NCBI GenBank assembly: GCA_963796055.1
Contig: CAWCKH010000001.1
Location: forward strand, 285,642-349,641
Direction: 5' to 3'
Length of the DNA stretch: 64,000 nucleotides
Source of the DNA: an uncultured delta proteobacterium
Lineage (GTDB): Bacteria; Myxococcota; Myxococcia; Myxococcales; Myxococcaceae
Positions 47,462 to 57,601 of this stretch are shown here, piece after piece (position 1 is the first letter of the stretch; every line of letters begins with the position of its first letter). The position numbers and the translations under genes are program-made. A model generated the notes under the pieces. That model did no database searches, was not told the DNA's origin, and saw nothing but the letters and a program-made list of their open reading frames with translations.

Positions 47462-48424
47462 ATGCGCCTCGTCGTCACCGGCTCGCTGGCCTACGACTAC
47501 CTGATGACCTTCCCGGGGAAGTTCCGGGAGCACTTTCTGTCGGACCGGATGCACCGGCTGACGGTGAGCTTCCTGGTCGACGACATGCGTCGTCTCCGGG
47601 GCGGCGTGGCGGGCAACATCGCCTGGTCCCTGGCCTTGCTGGGGGGGCGGCCGCTCCTGGTGGCGACGGCCGGGGAGGACTTCGCCGAGTACCGGGCGGC
47701 GCTGGACCAGGCCGGGGTGGATACTTCGGGGGTGACGGTGATCCCGGGTGAGTTCACCGCCTCCTGCTTCATCAACACCGACCTGGACGCCAACCAGATC
47801 GTCGCCTTCTACGCCGGGGCGCTGTCGCACGGACACCGGCTGGAGCTGGGGGGGCGGGGGCTGGGTCCCGGCGACCTGGTGGTCATCAGCCCCACAGATC
47901 CGGAGTCGATGCTGAAGGCGGTCGAGGCGTGTCGGACGGCGCGCGTGCCCTACCTCTTCGACCCGGGAAAGCAGACGCCGCGGCTCGAGGCGCCGCAGAT
48001 CATCGACGGGATGCAGTCGGCCGCGGCGGTCATCGGGAACGACTACGAGTTCGCCCTCATGTCCCAGAAGACCGGGAAGAGCGAGGCGGTGCTCCAGTCC
48101 ATCGCCCCGGTGACCATCGTCACCCGCGGAGAGCAGGGGTCGACGGTGCTGGAGCGCGGCAAGTCACCGGTCGACGTTCCGGTCGCCCCCATCTCCGCCC
48201 TGGTGGACCCCACGGGGGCCGGCGATGCGTACCTGGGCGGGCTGGTCTACGGGATGGCCCGCGGGCTGCCCTGGCCGGTGGCCGGACGCATCGGGGCGGT
48301 GGCCGCGGCGTACGCGATCGAGGTCCGCGGCTGCCAGGAGCACCGGTTCACGCCGGCCGAGTTCCTGGCCCGATACCGGGCCGCATTCGGCGACTCCCGC
48401 GAGATCGCTCAGGCGCTCGGGTGA
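47462..48424 (+). CDS. PfkB-family carbohydrate/nucleoside (adenosine-like) kinase
   Basis: GSLAYD, GGVAGNIA, NDYE, DPTGAGDAY. Confidence 0.9.
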   Translation: MRLVVTGSLAYDYLMTFPGKFREHFLSDRMHRLTVSFLVDDMRRLRGGVAGNIAWSLALLGGRPLLVATAGEDFAEYRAALDQAGVDTSGVTVIPGEFTASCFINTDLDANQIVAFYAGALSHGHRLELGGRGLGPGDLVVISPTDPESMLKAVEACRTARVPYLFDPGKQTPRLEAPQIIDGMQSAAAVIGNDYEFALMSQKTGKSEAVLQSIAPVTIVTRGEQGSTVLERGKSPVDVPVAPISALVDPTGAGDAYLGGLVYGMARGLPWPVAGRIGAVAAAYAIEVRGCQEHRFTPAEFLARYRAAFGDSREIAQALG

Positions 48425-48536
48425 CCCTCGGTCGCAGGGCCAGGACAAAGAGGTTCCGGAATGACAGAGGAGTACGCCGCTTGTCCCGGCGGATTCGCAG
48501 GTTGCACCTGGGAACCTGAACCGGACGGTCCGAGCC

Positions 48537-50063
48537 TCACCGTACCGCGCCCGCAGGCACCACCGGGACCAGGGCCTTCAGGTCGTCGTCGGTGAAGACG
48601 ATGCCCGCGCCGAGGAAGAAGTCGCGGCCGGCCAGCACCCGGTTGTCGAGCTGGCTGTAGACCGGCTTGTTGAAGATGTCGTCTACCCCGGCGTTCAGGT
48701 ACAGGTGCTGGAAGAAGGTCAGCTGCAGGCTGGTCCGCACCCGCGGCCAGCGTAGCCGCTGGTTGGCGAAGTCGAAGATGTCGGTCTTGAGCGCCAGCTG
48801 CTCCTTCCAGAAGTGCAGGTCCACCCCCAGACCGCCGGTGCTCTCGATGATGCCGAAGCGGAAGGTGGCCCAGTAGAAGCGCTTGGCAAACTCGGCCGAG
48901 AAGCGGAGCGAGTTGATGCTGGTGACGGTCCGCTTCTGGAGTGCCGGATCGTCGCGCGACGGCGGGTTGGTCTGGATGTACTCCGTGGTCTCGACGCCCC
49001 GGGGATCGCTGATCAGCGAGAGAATGTAGTACTTGTCCGGCCGGGCGATGATCCGCAAGGTGGCGTCGATCTTCGCCGCCCCGGCATTGAACAGGTAATC
49101 GCTCCGGATGTTGGCCTCGAGCTTCAGGCCCACCAGCCGCTGGGCGTAGTTGGAGACGTCCTCGATGGTCTCCCCCACCTGCCGCCCGAGCTTCTCGTCG
49201 GAGACGATCTCCCCCACCGTCCCGCGGCCCTCGCGGATGTTCTCGGTGACCGTCTGGAGGTTGCCCAAGGTGGCATCGAGCTTCCGGAGCGAGCTGCCGA
49301 TGGACGACAGCTGCTCGGCGCCGCCGTCGGTTCCCATGTTGGCCCGGACGTCCGCCACCATCCGCCGCACGTCGCCGGTGAGGACCCGGACGTTCTCCAC
49401 AATCTCCCGGAAGCTGGAGGCCTCGCCCTCGGTCGCGCTGCGCATCGAGGCGGTCACATCGCGCACGTTCTCCAGGATGGACTCGATGTTCTGGCTCGAG
49501 CGCTGGGCGGTATCGTTGACCGACTGGCTCAGCTCGGTGAGGTTCCGGACGATGGTCCTCAGTGACTCGGTCCCCGCGTCGCCGCCCAGGGCCTCCCGGA
49601 GCGAGGTGGTCACCGACTGGATGTCGACGGTGATCTTCCCCAGGGTGTCGAAGAGCGCCTGGAGCCCCTGCTGGTCGATGACGTGGGTGATCTCCCCCCC
49701 GTCGGGCATCAGCGGCGCCTCGGGCGATCCCACCTGGAGGTCCAGGAGGTAGTCGCCAAGGAACGACTCGGTCCGCTTGATGAGCGTGGCGTCGGTCCGC
49801 AGCCCGATGTCCTTCCGCAGCCGGAGCTTCACCCGCGCCCGGGTGCCCACCAGGGTGATGTCCCGGATCTCCCCCACCGGGATGCCCGCCACCTGCACCC
49901 GGCTCCGCGTCCCCAGGCCCGAGGCGTCGCGGAACATCGCGTACACGGTGATGGTGTCCGCCCCCAGCGTGCCCCGCCGGACGAAGATCATGAAGGCCAG
50001 CAGGAAGCCCGCCGCGGCGAGCACCAGCAGCCCCACCCGGAAGGGGGTGACGAGCTTCTTCAA
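48537..50063 (-). CDS. mlaD: MlaD/MCE-family protein
   Basis: N-terminal TM, 'F.DASGL...SRV.VAGIPVG.I', long helical region. Confidence 0.85.
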   Translation of the reverse strand: MKKLVTPFRVGLLVLAAAGFLLAFMIFVRRGTLGADTITVYAMFRDASGLGTRSRVQVAGIPVGEIRDITLVGTRARVKLRLRKDIGLRTDATLIKRTESFLGDYLLDLQVGSPEAPLMPDGGEITHVIDQQGLQALFDTLGKITVDIQSVTTSLREALGGDAGTESLRTIVRNLTELSQSVNDTAQRSSQNIESILENVRDVTASMRSATEGEASSFREIVENVRVLTGDVRRMVADVRANMGTDGGAEQLSSIGSSLRKLDATLGNLQTVTENIREGRGTVGEIVSDEKLGRQVGETIEDVSNYAQRLVGLKLEANIRSDYLFNAGAAKIDATLRIIARPDKYYILSLISDPRGVETTEYIQTNPPSRDDPALQKRTVTSINSLRFSAEFAKRFYWATFRFGIIESTGGLGVDLHFWKEQLALKTDIFDFANQRLRWPRVRTSLQLTFFQHLYLNAGVDDIFNKPVYSQLDNRVLAGRDFFLGAGIVFTDDDLKALVPVVPAGAVR

Positions 50064-50113
50064 GGTCCGTCTGCTCCGAGGCCGGCCAGAGACGCCACCT
50101 TACACTGGAGTAC

Positions 50114-50875
50114 TCACGACTTCCCGAACCACATCTGGAGGAAGTGCTGGAGCTCCGGATGCCGGTTGTGCCTCAACTCCTGGGGTGGGCCCTCGGCGAC
50201 GATCTTCCCCTGGAACAGGAAGGCCACCTTGTCCGCCACCTTGAAGGACGAGGCAATGTCGTGGCTGATGACCACCTGTGTCACCTGGAGCTTCTGCTTG
50301 GCGGTGAGGATCATGTCGTCCACGTAGTCGGTGGTGATGGGGTCCAGCCCCGTGGTGGGCTCGTCGTAGAGGACGATCTTCGGGTCCAGGACGATCGCCC
50401 GGGCCAGACCCACCCGCTTTCGCATCCCGCCGGACAGCTCGGCCGGGTACCGCTCCTCCACCCCCTGCAGGCCGACGATGGCCAGCTTCTCCCGGACCTT
50501 GGCCCGGATCTCCTCCTCGGAGAGCGTGGTGTGCTCGCGCAGGGCGAAGCTGACGTTCTCGTACACGGTCATCGAGTCGAACAGCGCCGCCCCCTGGAAC
50601 ACCATCCCGAACTTCCGCCGGACCCGCTCGAGGTCCACCTCGTCGAGGGGGACGATGTCCTCTCCGTCCACGATGACCTTCCCTCGGTCCGGCTTGAGCA
50701 GGCCGATCATGTGCTTCATCAGCACCGTCTTCCCCGACCCCGACCCACCGAGGATGACCACGGTGCTCCCCTCCTCGACGTCGAGGTCGATCCCGGTGAG
50801 CACGTGGTTGTCCCCGAAGGACTTCCACAGGTCCTGGACCGAGATCATCAAAGGCCTGGTTCCGTCGGCGGTCAT
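50114..50875 (-). CDS. mlaF: ABC transporter ATP-binding protein, MlaF-type
   Basis: GGSGSGKT, FQGAALFDS, LSGGMRKRVGLARA, YDEPTTGLDP. Confidence 0.9.
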   Translation of the reverse strand: MTADGTRPLMISVQDLWKSFGDNHVLTGIDLDVEEGSTVVILGGSGSGKTVLMKHMIGLLKPDRGKVIVDGEDIVPLDEVDLERVRRKFGMVFQGAALFDSMTVYENVSFALREHTTLSEEEIRAKVREKLAIVGLQGVEERYPAELSGGMRKRVGLARAIVLDPKIVLYDEPTTGLDPITTDYVDDMILTAKQKLQVTQVVISHDIASSFKVADKVAFLFQGKIVAEGPPQELRHNRHPELQHFLQMWFGKS

Positions 50876-51687
50876 CGGTGGAACAGCAGCCCCATGAAGT
50901 AGTCCTCGATGAACACGGCCACCGCGGCGTCCACCATGGCACGGGTGGTGGCCTGACCCACGCCCTTGGCCCCCCCGTGGGCGTTGTAGCCCCGGTAGCA
51001 CGCGATGAGGGTCACGGTGAAGCCGAAGACCGCGCCCTTGGCCAGGCCCTCCCAGATGTCCTGGGGCGCCAGGAGGTTCTGGGTCCGGAGCACGAAGGTG
51101 CCCACCGACAGGCCCTTCAGGGGAACGGCGACGAAGAAGCCGCCGCTCAGGCCCGCGGTGTCGAAGATCATGGTGAGCAGCGGCACCATGCACAGCCCTG
51201 CCAGCACCCGGGGCACCAGGAGGAACTGCACCGGGTTGACCGCCATGGTCTCCAGCGCGTCGATCTGCTCGGTGACCCGCATCGTCCCCAGCTCGGTGCA
51301 CATCGCCGAGCAGGCCCGCATGGTCACCATCAGCGCGCTGAACACCGGGGCCAGCTCGCGGGTGACGGTGAGGGCCACCGTGGGTCCGACCAGGCTCTCG
51401 GCGCCGAACAGCTCGAAGGCGCTCCAGGACTGGGTGGCGAACACCATCCCGGAGAAGGTCCCGGTCAGCGCCACCAGGACGATGGACCCCACCCCCACGA
51501 AGTCGAACTGGGCCAGGATGTTCTGCAGCCGGAAGGGCGGCCGCACCGTCCAGAACACGATCGAGATCGCGAGGGTGACCAGCCCGCCGATCGTCTGGAA
51601 GAACGCGAGGACGCCGTTCCCGACGCCCTCCACCAGCCCGACCAGCGGGTTCTTCTTGGGCGCGGAGTCGAGGTCGGATGTGGTCAT
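50872..51687 (-). CDS. mlaE: MlaE-family ABC permease
   Basis: RELAPV, ELGTMRVTEQIDALETM, GGAKGVGQATT. Confidence 0.92.
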   Translation of the reverse strand: MTTSDLDSAPKKNPLVGLVEGVGNGVLAFFQTIGGLVTLAISIVFWTVRPPFRLQNILAQFDFVGVGSIVLVALTGTFSGMVFATQSWSAFELFGAESLVGPTVALTVTRELAPVFSALMVTMRACSAMCTELGTMRVTEQIDALETMAVNPVQFLLVPRVLAGLCMVPLLTMIFDTAGLSGGFFVAVPLKGLSVGTFVLRTQNLLAPQDIWEGLAKGAVFGFTVTLIACYRGYNAHGGAKGVGQATTRAMVDAAVAVFIEDYFMGLLFHR

Positions 51688-51750
51688 CGGAAAGCGCGGG
51701 GCATCCTAGGGCACGTCACCCACCCCGGCACCTTCCAGCACCGCCCGATT

Positions 51751-52887
51751 TCAACTCTCGACGATGACCCGTGGCACCCGCGCCCCGACGGCGCACAGCA
51801 CGTCATAGGCGATGGTGCCCTCCAGCGCCGCGAGCTGGTGGGCGTCCTGGACCTCCGACCCCTGTCGTCCGATGAGCACCACCTCGTCGCCCACCTCGAC
51901 CCCGGGCACGTCGGTCACGTCCACCATGCACAGGTCCATGCACACCCGGCCCACGATGGGCGCACGCCGGCCGCGGACCAGGACGGCTCCCCGGTTGGAG
52001 AGCAGACGCGACCAGCCGTCGGCGTAGCCCACCGGGAGGGTGGCGATGCGCGAGGGCCGGGGCGCGGTCCAGGTACTGCCGTAGGAGATCGGCGTCCCGG
52101 TGGGCACCGCCTTCACGTGCACCACCGCCGTCTTCCAGCTCAGGACCGGCTCGAGCACCCGCGGCGGCTGGAGCCAGGGCGCGGGGGCCAGCCCGTACAG
52201 CGCCAGCCCCGGGCGCGCCAGGTTCATCTCCACACCGTCGCGAGCCTCGGGGAGGGCGAGCAGGCCCGCGCTGTTGGACAGGTGGCGCCAGCGCGGGTCG
52301 AACCCCGCCGCCCGCATCTGCCCCAGCGCGGTCCGGAACCGGGCGATCTGCTGCGCGGTGAGCGCGGCGTCGGCCAGGTCGGCGTTGGCGAAGTGCGAGC
52401 ACAACCCCTCGAGGTCCACCCCCCTGCACCCCCGGGCGGCCTCCAGGAACGCCGGCACGTCGGCCGGGAGAGCCCCGAGCCGCCCCATGCCCGTGTCCAC
52501 CTTGAGGTGCGCCCGCGCCTTCATGCCCCGGGCCCGGGCGGCGGCATCGAGCGCGGTCAGGTGCTCGTGCCGGAAGACCACCGGGATCATCCGGTGCTCG
52601 AGCATCGCCGCCCAGCCGCCCTCGTACGCCCCGCCGAGCACCAGGATGTCGCTCCGGAGCCCGGCCTCGCGGAGCACGAGCCCTTCCTCCACCAGCGCCA
52701 CGCCGAGGAAGCGGACGCCCCCCGCCTCGAGCGCCCGCGAGACGGGCGTCGCGCCATGGCCATACGCGTCGGCCTTGACCACCGCCAGCACGTCCACGCC
52801 GGGTGCCGCAGCGCGCAGCGTCTCGAGGTTACGGGTCAGGGCCCCGAGGTCGATCTCGGCTCGGGTGGGGCGGATGGGCACGGGCAT
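51751..52887 (-). CDS. alr: Alanine racemase
   Basis: AVVKADAYGHG (PLP Lys), HLKVDTGMGRLG, GYADG, GRVCMD. Confidence 0.96.
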   Translation of the reverse strand: MPVPIRPTRAEIDLGALTRNLETLRAAAPGVDVLAVVKADAYGHGATPVSRALEAGGVRFLGVALVEEGLVLREAGLRSDILVLGGAYEGGWAAMLEHRMIPVVFRHEHLTALDAAARARGMKARAHLKVDTGMGRLGALPADVPAFLEAARGCRGVDLEGLCSHFANADLADAALTAQQIARFRTALGQMRAAGFDPRWRHLSNSAGLLALPEARDGVEMNLARPGLALYGLAPAPWLQPPRVLEPVLSWKTAVVHVKAVPTGTPISYGSTWTAPRPSRIATLPVGYADGWSRLLSNRGAVLVRGRRAPIVGRVCMDLCMVDVTDVPGVEVGDEVVLIGRQGSEVQDAHQLAALEGTIAYDVLCAVGARVPRVIVES

Positions 52888-52990
52888 AGGCTACTCTGGC
52901 TCCTGGACCGCGGCGCGTTCTGCATCGCGCAGGCCGGGCACCGGGCTCCCCGGGCCTGCCCCCGGACTGGACAGGCAAGGACGACACACC

Positions 52991-53467
52991 ATGGCGACAC
53001 ATCGGGTCGGCGGCGAGGTGGATGCCACGTGCACGCGCTGCAAGATGCAGCTGGCGCACACCATCCTGGCGATGGTCGGGTCGAAGGTCGCCCGCGTGCG
53101 CTGCAACACGTGTGGGAGCGACCACGTCTACCGCGGGACGCAGACCGCGACCCGATCCGTGGCCGCACGGCCACGCGCCACCGCCGCGGAGAAGACGGTG
53201 GTCGGATGGGACGCCCAGCTGGCGGCGGCCGACATCTCCACCGCCCAGGACTACCGGCCGGAGCAGACCTACGCCGTGGACCAGGTGGTCCGTCACCCCA
53301 CCTTCGGCCTGGGCATCGTCCGGGCCGTGCGCCAGGACAAGATGGACGTGGCGTTCAAGACCGCCGAGCGCACACTGGTGCAGGGACGCGGCCCCGGCAC
53401 TGCTCGCCCCTCCTTCGCCCCACCCCATCGACCCGAGGACGCGGCCGACACCGGCGACGAACGCTAG
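52991..53467 (+). CDS. Hypothetical protein with CxxC/CxxC zinc ribbon and C-terminal Tudor/SH3-like motif
   Basis: CTRC...CNTC; 'VRHPTFGLGIV'. Confidence 0.75.
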   Translation: MATHRVGGEVDATCTRCKMQLAHTILAMVGSKVARVRCNTCGSDHVYRGTQTATRSVAARPRATAAEKTVVGWDAQLAAADISTAQDYRPEQTYAVDQVVRHPTFGLGIVRAVRQDKMDVAFKTAERTLVQGRGPGTARPSFAPPHRPEDAADTGDER

Positions 53468-53509
53468 GGCTTCTGGCAAAGGCTGGTAGCCTCCCCACGC
53501 CCACGCCAC

Positions 53510-54844
53510 GTGCGCCCCGTTCCGCTCCCCGCGCTCCTGACCCTCGCCGTCGCCACCTCCGCACAGGCTGCGCCGGTGGTGGAGGCCGAGCCGTCGCGCC
53601 TGGTGCTGGGCCCCCGCGCCCGGGCGGAGATCACCGTGCGCAACGCCGGACCCGAGCTCCACGCCGCCGTGTCCACCGGCACGCTCACCGCCGGAACCTC
53701 GGGCGAGGACTTCACCCGCTTCCTCTGGACGCCTCCGTCCGACGCCCGGGCGCCGGTGCTGGTGGTGTTCGCCTTCTGGAGCGGCGATGCCCCGTCGCTG
53801 TCCGACATCACCGTGCTCAGCCTCCCCTGCGCGGGACGGACCGAGCTGGCGATCGAGACCGAGCCCTCGGCCCAGGTGACGGTGGAGGTGGCCGGGGCGC
53901 GCTTCGGCCCGCGGCGGGCGGACCGCCAGGGCCGGCTGAAGCTGCCGGTGGAGGTCGGTCCGCACGCCCACGAGGCGCGGGTCACCGCGGAGCTGGCGGA
54001 CCAGAGCAAGATCCGCGTGCTTCCGCTCAGCCTGCCACCCTCGCCCTGGCTGCTCGCGCTCGACCCGGAGTCGAGCTCCGAGGGCGCCCCGGTGCAGGCC
54101 CTGGTGGTGGTGCCCGACACCGAGGAGTCCGCCGGGACCGAGCTCGTCGCCGAGGGGGCGAAGGTCGAGCAACTGCAGTCCCTCGGCCGGCGGCTGCTCC
54201 TCCGCATCACCCCGGAGCGAGGCCGCAGCTCGGTCCCGCTGGTGGCGCGCACCCTGGACGGGTCCATCCGGGCCCAGACCACGCTGGAGGTGGTGCGGGC
54301 CGTCCCCCCGGTCCCGGTCGAGGCCCCTCCTGCCCCACCCCCACCGGCACGCTGGGTGCTCGGGGGCGCCATCGGTGGCTACGTCGGCGGCGGCTCCAAC
54401 GCCGGCCCTCAGGGGGCGCTGGTCCTCGGCTACGGCCTGCCGCAGCTGCCGCTGGTGGCGGAGCTGGAGGTGGGCGTCCGCACGCAGTCGATGAGCACGC
54501 AGGTCGGAACGCTCGGGGTGCAGAAGTCGTCGCTCCTGGTCTTTCCCATCGAGCTGGCGATCCGCTGGGAGGCGGTGACGGCGGGGAACTTCCGGCTCGG
54601 TGTCCGGGGCGGCGGCGGGTTGCTGGTGGGCAGCCACCACCTGTCGAGCAACTTCGACGCCGAGCTGAGCGAGGGCGCGCTCGGGTGGGAGCTGTTCGCC
54701 GCGGTGCAGGCCGGGCTCCAGGTCGGCCCGGTGGAGCCGTACGTGGAGGTGCGGCCCGCGCTCTCCAAGGTGAGCACCGACCACCTCGAGGCGCGCCCGG
54801 GCGGCGTCGTCTTCTCGGTCGGCGTCCGGGGGGAGCTCCGGTGA
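53510..54844 (+). CDS. Hypothetical exported protein with C-terminal beta-barrel-like domain
   Basis: Signal peptide ending AQA, Ig-like region, Pro linker, amphipathic beta strands. Confidence 0.65.
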   Translation: MRPVPLPALLTLAVATSAQAAPVVEAEPSRLVLGPRARAEITVRNAGPELHAAVSTGTLTAGTSGEDFTRFLWTPPSDARAPVLVVFAFWSGDAPSLSDITVLSLPCAGRTELAIETEPSAQVTVEVAGARFGPRRADRQGRLKLPVEVGPHAHEARVTAELADQSKIRVLPLSLPPSPWLLALDPESSSEGAPVQALVVVPDTEESAGTELVAEGAKVEQLQSLGRRLLLRITPERGRSSVPLVARTLDGSIRAQTTLEVVRAVPPVPVEAPPAPPPPARWVLGGAIGGYVGGGSNAGPQGALVLGYGLPQLPLVAELEVGVRTQSMSTQVGTLGVQKSSLLVFPIELAIRWEAVTAGNFRLGVRGGGGLLVGSHHLSSNFDAELSEGALGWELFAAVQAGLQVGPVEPYVEVRPALSKVSTDHLEARPGGVVFSVGVRGELR

Positions 54845-55569
54845 GCCTACAGCAGAAATCGGTTGGGCTGATCGGTCCTCGCTTGCGATCCTCACGACCA
54901 GCCCAACCGATCTCTGCTGTAGCCTCGCTCATCCTCGTGGCCCTCTGTCTGGCCGGCTGCAGCGGGGCGACCCTGCCGCCGCCCACGGTCGTCTCGGTCA
55001 ACCCGGCCGAGCGCCCGGCCTCGACCGCCGGCCCGGTGACGGTGACCCTGGACGCGGTCCTGCCCACCCTGGCCGACCACGGCGCGGGCACGGCCACCGT
55101 CGACGACCGGCTCACCCTGAAGATCGGCCCGCGCCCGTTCGGGCCCTCCCACTGGACCGATGCCGGGGTGGTGACCGATTTTCTGCCCTCGGTGCTCCCG
55201 GAGGGCAGCTACGACGTCACGGTCGCGCTCGGGGACGGACGACTGGCCACGGCCACCAGCGCCTTCCAGGTCACCCACGGCGACTTCCCGGTCGGCTACA
55301 CCGTGGACACCATTCCCGACCAGACCTCCGGAGTCCCCTTCGGGGTGACCATCCGCGCCCGGGGCGCCCCGGACGGCGGCTATGGCGGAACGGTGAACCT
55401 CTCGGTGCCCGGCGCTTCCGTCGCCCCCGGAATCACCGGCGCCTTCGTCGACGGGGTCCGGGTGGAGACGATCACCGTGACCGTGGACAACGCGGGCGTC
55501 CACCACCTCGAGGTCTCCGACCTGGCCGGGCGCACCGGCCAGTCGCTCAACTTCTTCGTCCGTCATTGA
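54841..55569 (+). CDS. Hypothetical lipoprotein with Ig-like domains (start uncertain)
   Basis: Lipobox LAGC; GTGA overlap; N-terminus runs through an 84-bp palindrome. Confidence 0.6.
   Translation: MSLQQKSVGLIGPRLRSSRPAQPISAVASLILVALCLAGCSGATLPPPTVVSVNPAERPASTAGPVTVTLDAVLPTLADHGAGTATVDDRLTLKIGPRPFGPSHWTDAGVVTDFLPSVLPEGSYDVTVALGDGRLATATSAFQVTHGDFPVGYTVDTIPDQTSGVPFGVTIRARGAPDGGYGGTVNLSVPGASVAPGITGAFVDGVRVETITVTVDNAGVHHLEVSDLAGRTGQSLNFFVRH
54843..54926. mobile_element. 84-bp MITE/REP-like element with 28-bp terminal inverted repeats
   Basis: GAGCCTACAGCAGAAATCGGTTGGGCTG ... CAGCCCAACCGATCTCTGCTGTAGCCTC (2 mismatches). Confidence 0.6.
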
Positions 55570-56249
55570 CGGAGCAGCGCCAGCGCCCGGGCCATGTCGG
55601 CCGGGAGCGGGGCCGACACGTCCACCGCCGGCAATCCGTCGCCTTCCGGCACCAGGAGCCGGGCGGCGTGGAGCGGGGTCCGGGCGAGCACCACCGCATC
55701 CGAGGCGCCGCCGAGCCGCCGCTCGGTCACCGGCTCCGGCCGGCCGTACTGCGGGTCGACCAGCAGCGGCGCACCGGCGTGGCGAAGGTGGATGCGGATC
55801 TGGTGGGTACGGCCGGTGAGCGGCCGGGCCTCCACCAGCGCCACGTCGCCGAAGGTCTCCACCGGGGTGAGCTCGGTCACCGCCGGCTTCCCGTCCTCCC
55901 CCGGCCGGGCGACCCGCATCCGGGCACGGCGGGCAGGCACCAGCGCGGCGTTCACCTGCACCGGCCCGGCGAGCGGCGGCGAGACCAGCGCCAGGTAGCG
56001 CTTGTCGACCAGGCCCCGCTCGAAGACGAGGCTGGCCGCCCGGTGGGTGGCCGCGTCGAGCGCGAAGAGGAGGACGCCCGAGGTGTCGCGGTCCAGCCGG
56101 TGGACGACCCACAGCGGACGCCCGAGCTGGGCCTCGAGGCTGGCACGGAGCGGGGGCGCGCCCGACTCGCTCCGCCCGGGGATGACCGGCACGCCCGCGG
56201 GCTTGTCCACAGCCACCAGGCCGTCGCCGGACCAGAGAACGGCAATCAC
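55563..56249 (-). CDS. RluA-family pseudouridine synthase
   Basis: VDKPAG, VHRLDRDTSG, TGRTHQIR.H, LHA. Confidence 0.92.
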   Translation of the reverse strand: MIAVLWSGDGLVAVDKPAGVPVIPGRSESGAPPLRASLEAQLGRPLWVVHRLDRDTSGVLLFALDAATHRAASLVFERGLVDKRYLALVSPPLAGPVQVNAALVPARRARMRVARPGEDGKPAVTELTPVETFGDVALVEARPLTGRTHQIRIHLRHAGAPLLVDPQYGRPEPVTERRLGGASDAVVLARTPLHAARLLVPEGDGLPAVDVSAPLPADMARALALLRQ

Positions 56250-57601
56250 AGCACGTCGTCGGCGGTGAGGACCTCCACCGGGCCGAAGCGCTTGAGCTGT
56301 GCCCGGAGCCGCTGCGCCGGCCCCACCACCACCGTCACCGGCGGCTCGGGGAAGCAGTACCGGGCTGCGGCCTCCTTCGCCTCGGCGCGGGTGACGGCAC
56401 GCACCCGGTCGCGGTAGCGGTCGAGCCAGTCGTCGCCCAGGCCGTACAGCGCCATGTCGGCGAGCACCGCCGCCAGCGACTCGTTGGTCTCGGTGCGCAG
56501 GGGGAAGAGCCCGGCCAGGTAGCGCTGCGCCTTCTCCACCTCGGCCTGGGTGGGGCCGCGGGCGCGCATCCGGTCCACCTCCTGCCGCATGACCGAGAGC
56601 AGCTGGCCGGTGGTCTCCACCTTGGTGAAGCTCGACACCGTGAAGATGCCGCCGGCGCGCAGCGTGTCGAAGGACGAGCCCACGCCGTAGGAGAGCCCAC
56701 GCTTCACCCGGACCTCCCGCACCAGCCTCGAGGTGAAGCCCGCCCCGAGCGTGACGTTCACCACCTGGGCGGCGAACTGCACGGGCGCGCCGCGGCGGTA
56801 CGCCGGGCCGGCGAGCCGGACCTGGCTCTGGGTCTGATCTGGCCGGTCGACGACCACCACCTTCCCCGCGGGGGGCATGCCGTCGGCCGGCGGCACCTCG
56901 GTCCCCTGCGCGGGCCCGCCGGCCCAGGCGCCGAAGGCCTGCTCGACTTGCACGGCGACCGCCTCCGGGTCCACCGCCCCGACCACGAAGAGGTGCGCCG
57001 GCCGCGGTCCGAAGTGGTCGGCGTGGAAGCGGACGGTGTCGTCCCGGGTGAAGCGCGAGACGGAGGCCCGGGTGCCCGAGACGTCGTGCCCGTAGGGATG
57101 ACCGGCCCAGGCGGCACGGATCAGCGCCCGGTCCGCCAGCAGTGACGGATCGTCCACGTCGTTGGCGAACTGGCCGAGGCTCCGCTCCCGCTCGGTGCGG
57201 ACCTCCTCCTCGGGGAAGCTGGGCACGCGCACCAGCTCGGCGAGCACGTCGAGCATCGCCGGGAGGTGTACGGCGGGCGTGGTGAGGGCGACCGCCACCT
57301 GGTCCTCGCCGGCGAAGAGGCCGAGCGAGGCGCCCACGAACTCGATGGCCTCGTCCAGCGCGTGGGCATCGCGGTGGACCGTGCCGCGCCGGAGGAGCCG
57401 CATGGTGAAGTCCGCCAGCCCCTCCTTTCCGGGCGGGTCGCCGGCGGCGCCCGAGGAGAGCACCAGGCGCACGGCGACCAGTGGAATGCGGCCCCGGGGG
57501 GCGATGCTGACCGACAGCCCGCCCGGGGTCTGGAAGCGGTGGAGCTGCAGGCCCCGGCCGGCGGCGCCAGAGCGGGCGCTGCGCTGCTTGCCGGCGTTCA
57601 C
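56246..57601 (-). CDS. M16 peptidase family, non-catalytic partner subunit
   Basis: GLADFT..LLRRGT (no HxxEH), HPYGH, SRLVREVRVKRGLSY. Confidence 0.85.
   Translation of the reverse strand: MNAGKQRSARSGAAGRGLQLHRFQTPGGLSVSIAPRGRIPLVAVRLVLSSGAAGDPPGKEGLADFTMRLLRRGTVHRDAHALDEAIEFVGASLGLFAGEDQVAVALTTPAVHLPAMLDVLAELVRVPSFPEEEVRTERERSLGQFANDVDDPSLLADRALIRAAWAGHPYGHDVSGTRASVSRFTRDDTVRFHADHFGPRPAHLFVVGAVDPEAVAVQVEQAFGAWAGGPAQGTEVPPADGMPPAGKVVVVDRPDQTQSQVRLAGPAYRRGAPVQFAAQVVNVTLGAGFTSRLVREVRVKRGLSYGVGSSFDTLRAGGIFTVSSFTKVETTGQLLSVMRQEVDRMRARGPTQAEVEKAQRYLAGLFPLRTETNESLAAVLADMALYGLGDDWLDRYRDRVRAVTRAEAKEAAARYCFPEPPVTVVVGPAQRLRAQLKRFGPVEVLTADDVL

Noticed and set aside
50878..54840. 1563-aa plus-strand ORF (50878-55569)
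   Set aside because: It is mostly antisense or off-frame to mlaE, alr and two hypothetical genes and is Arg/Pro/Gly-rich. Only the last ~240 aa look like a real lipoprotein.
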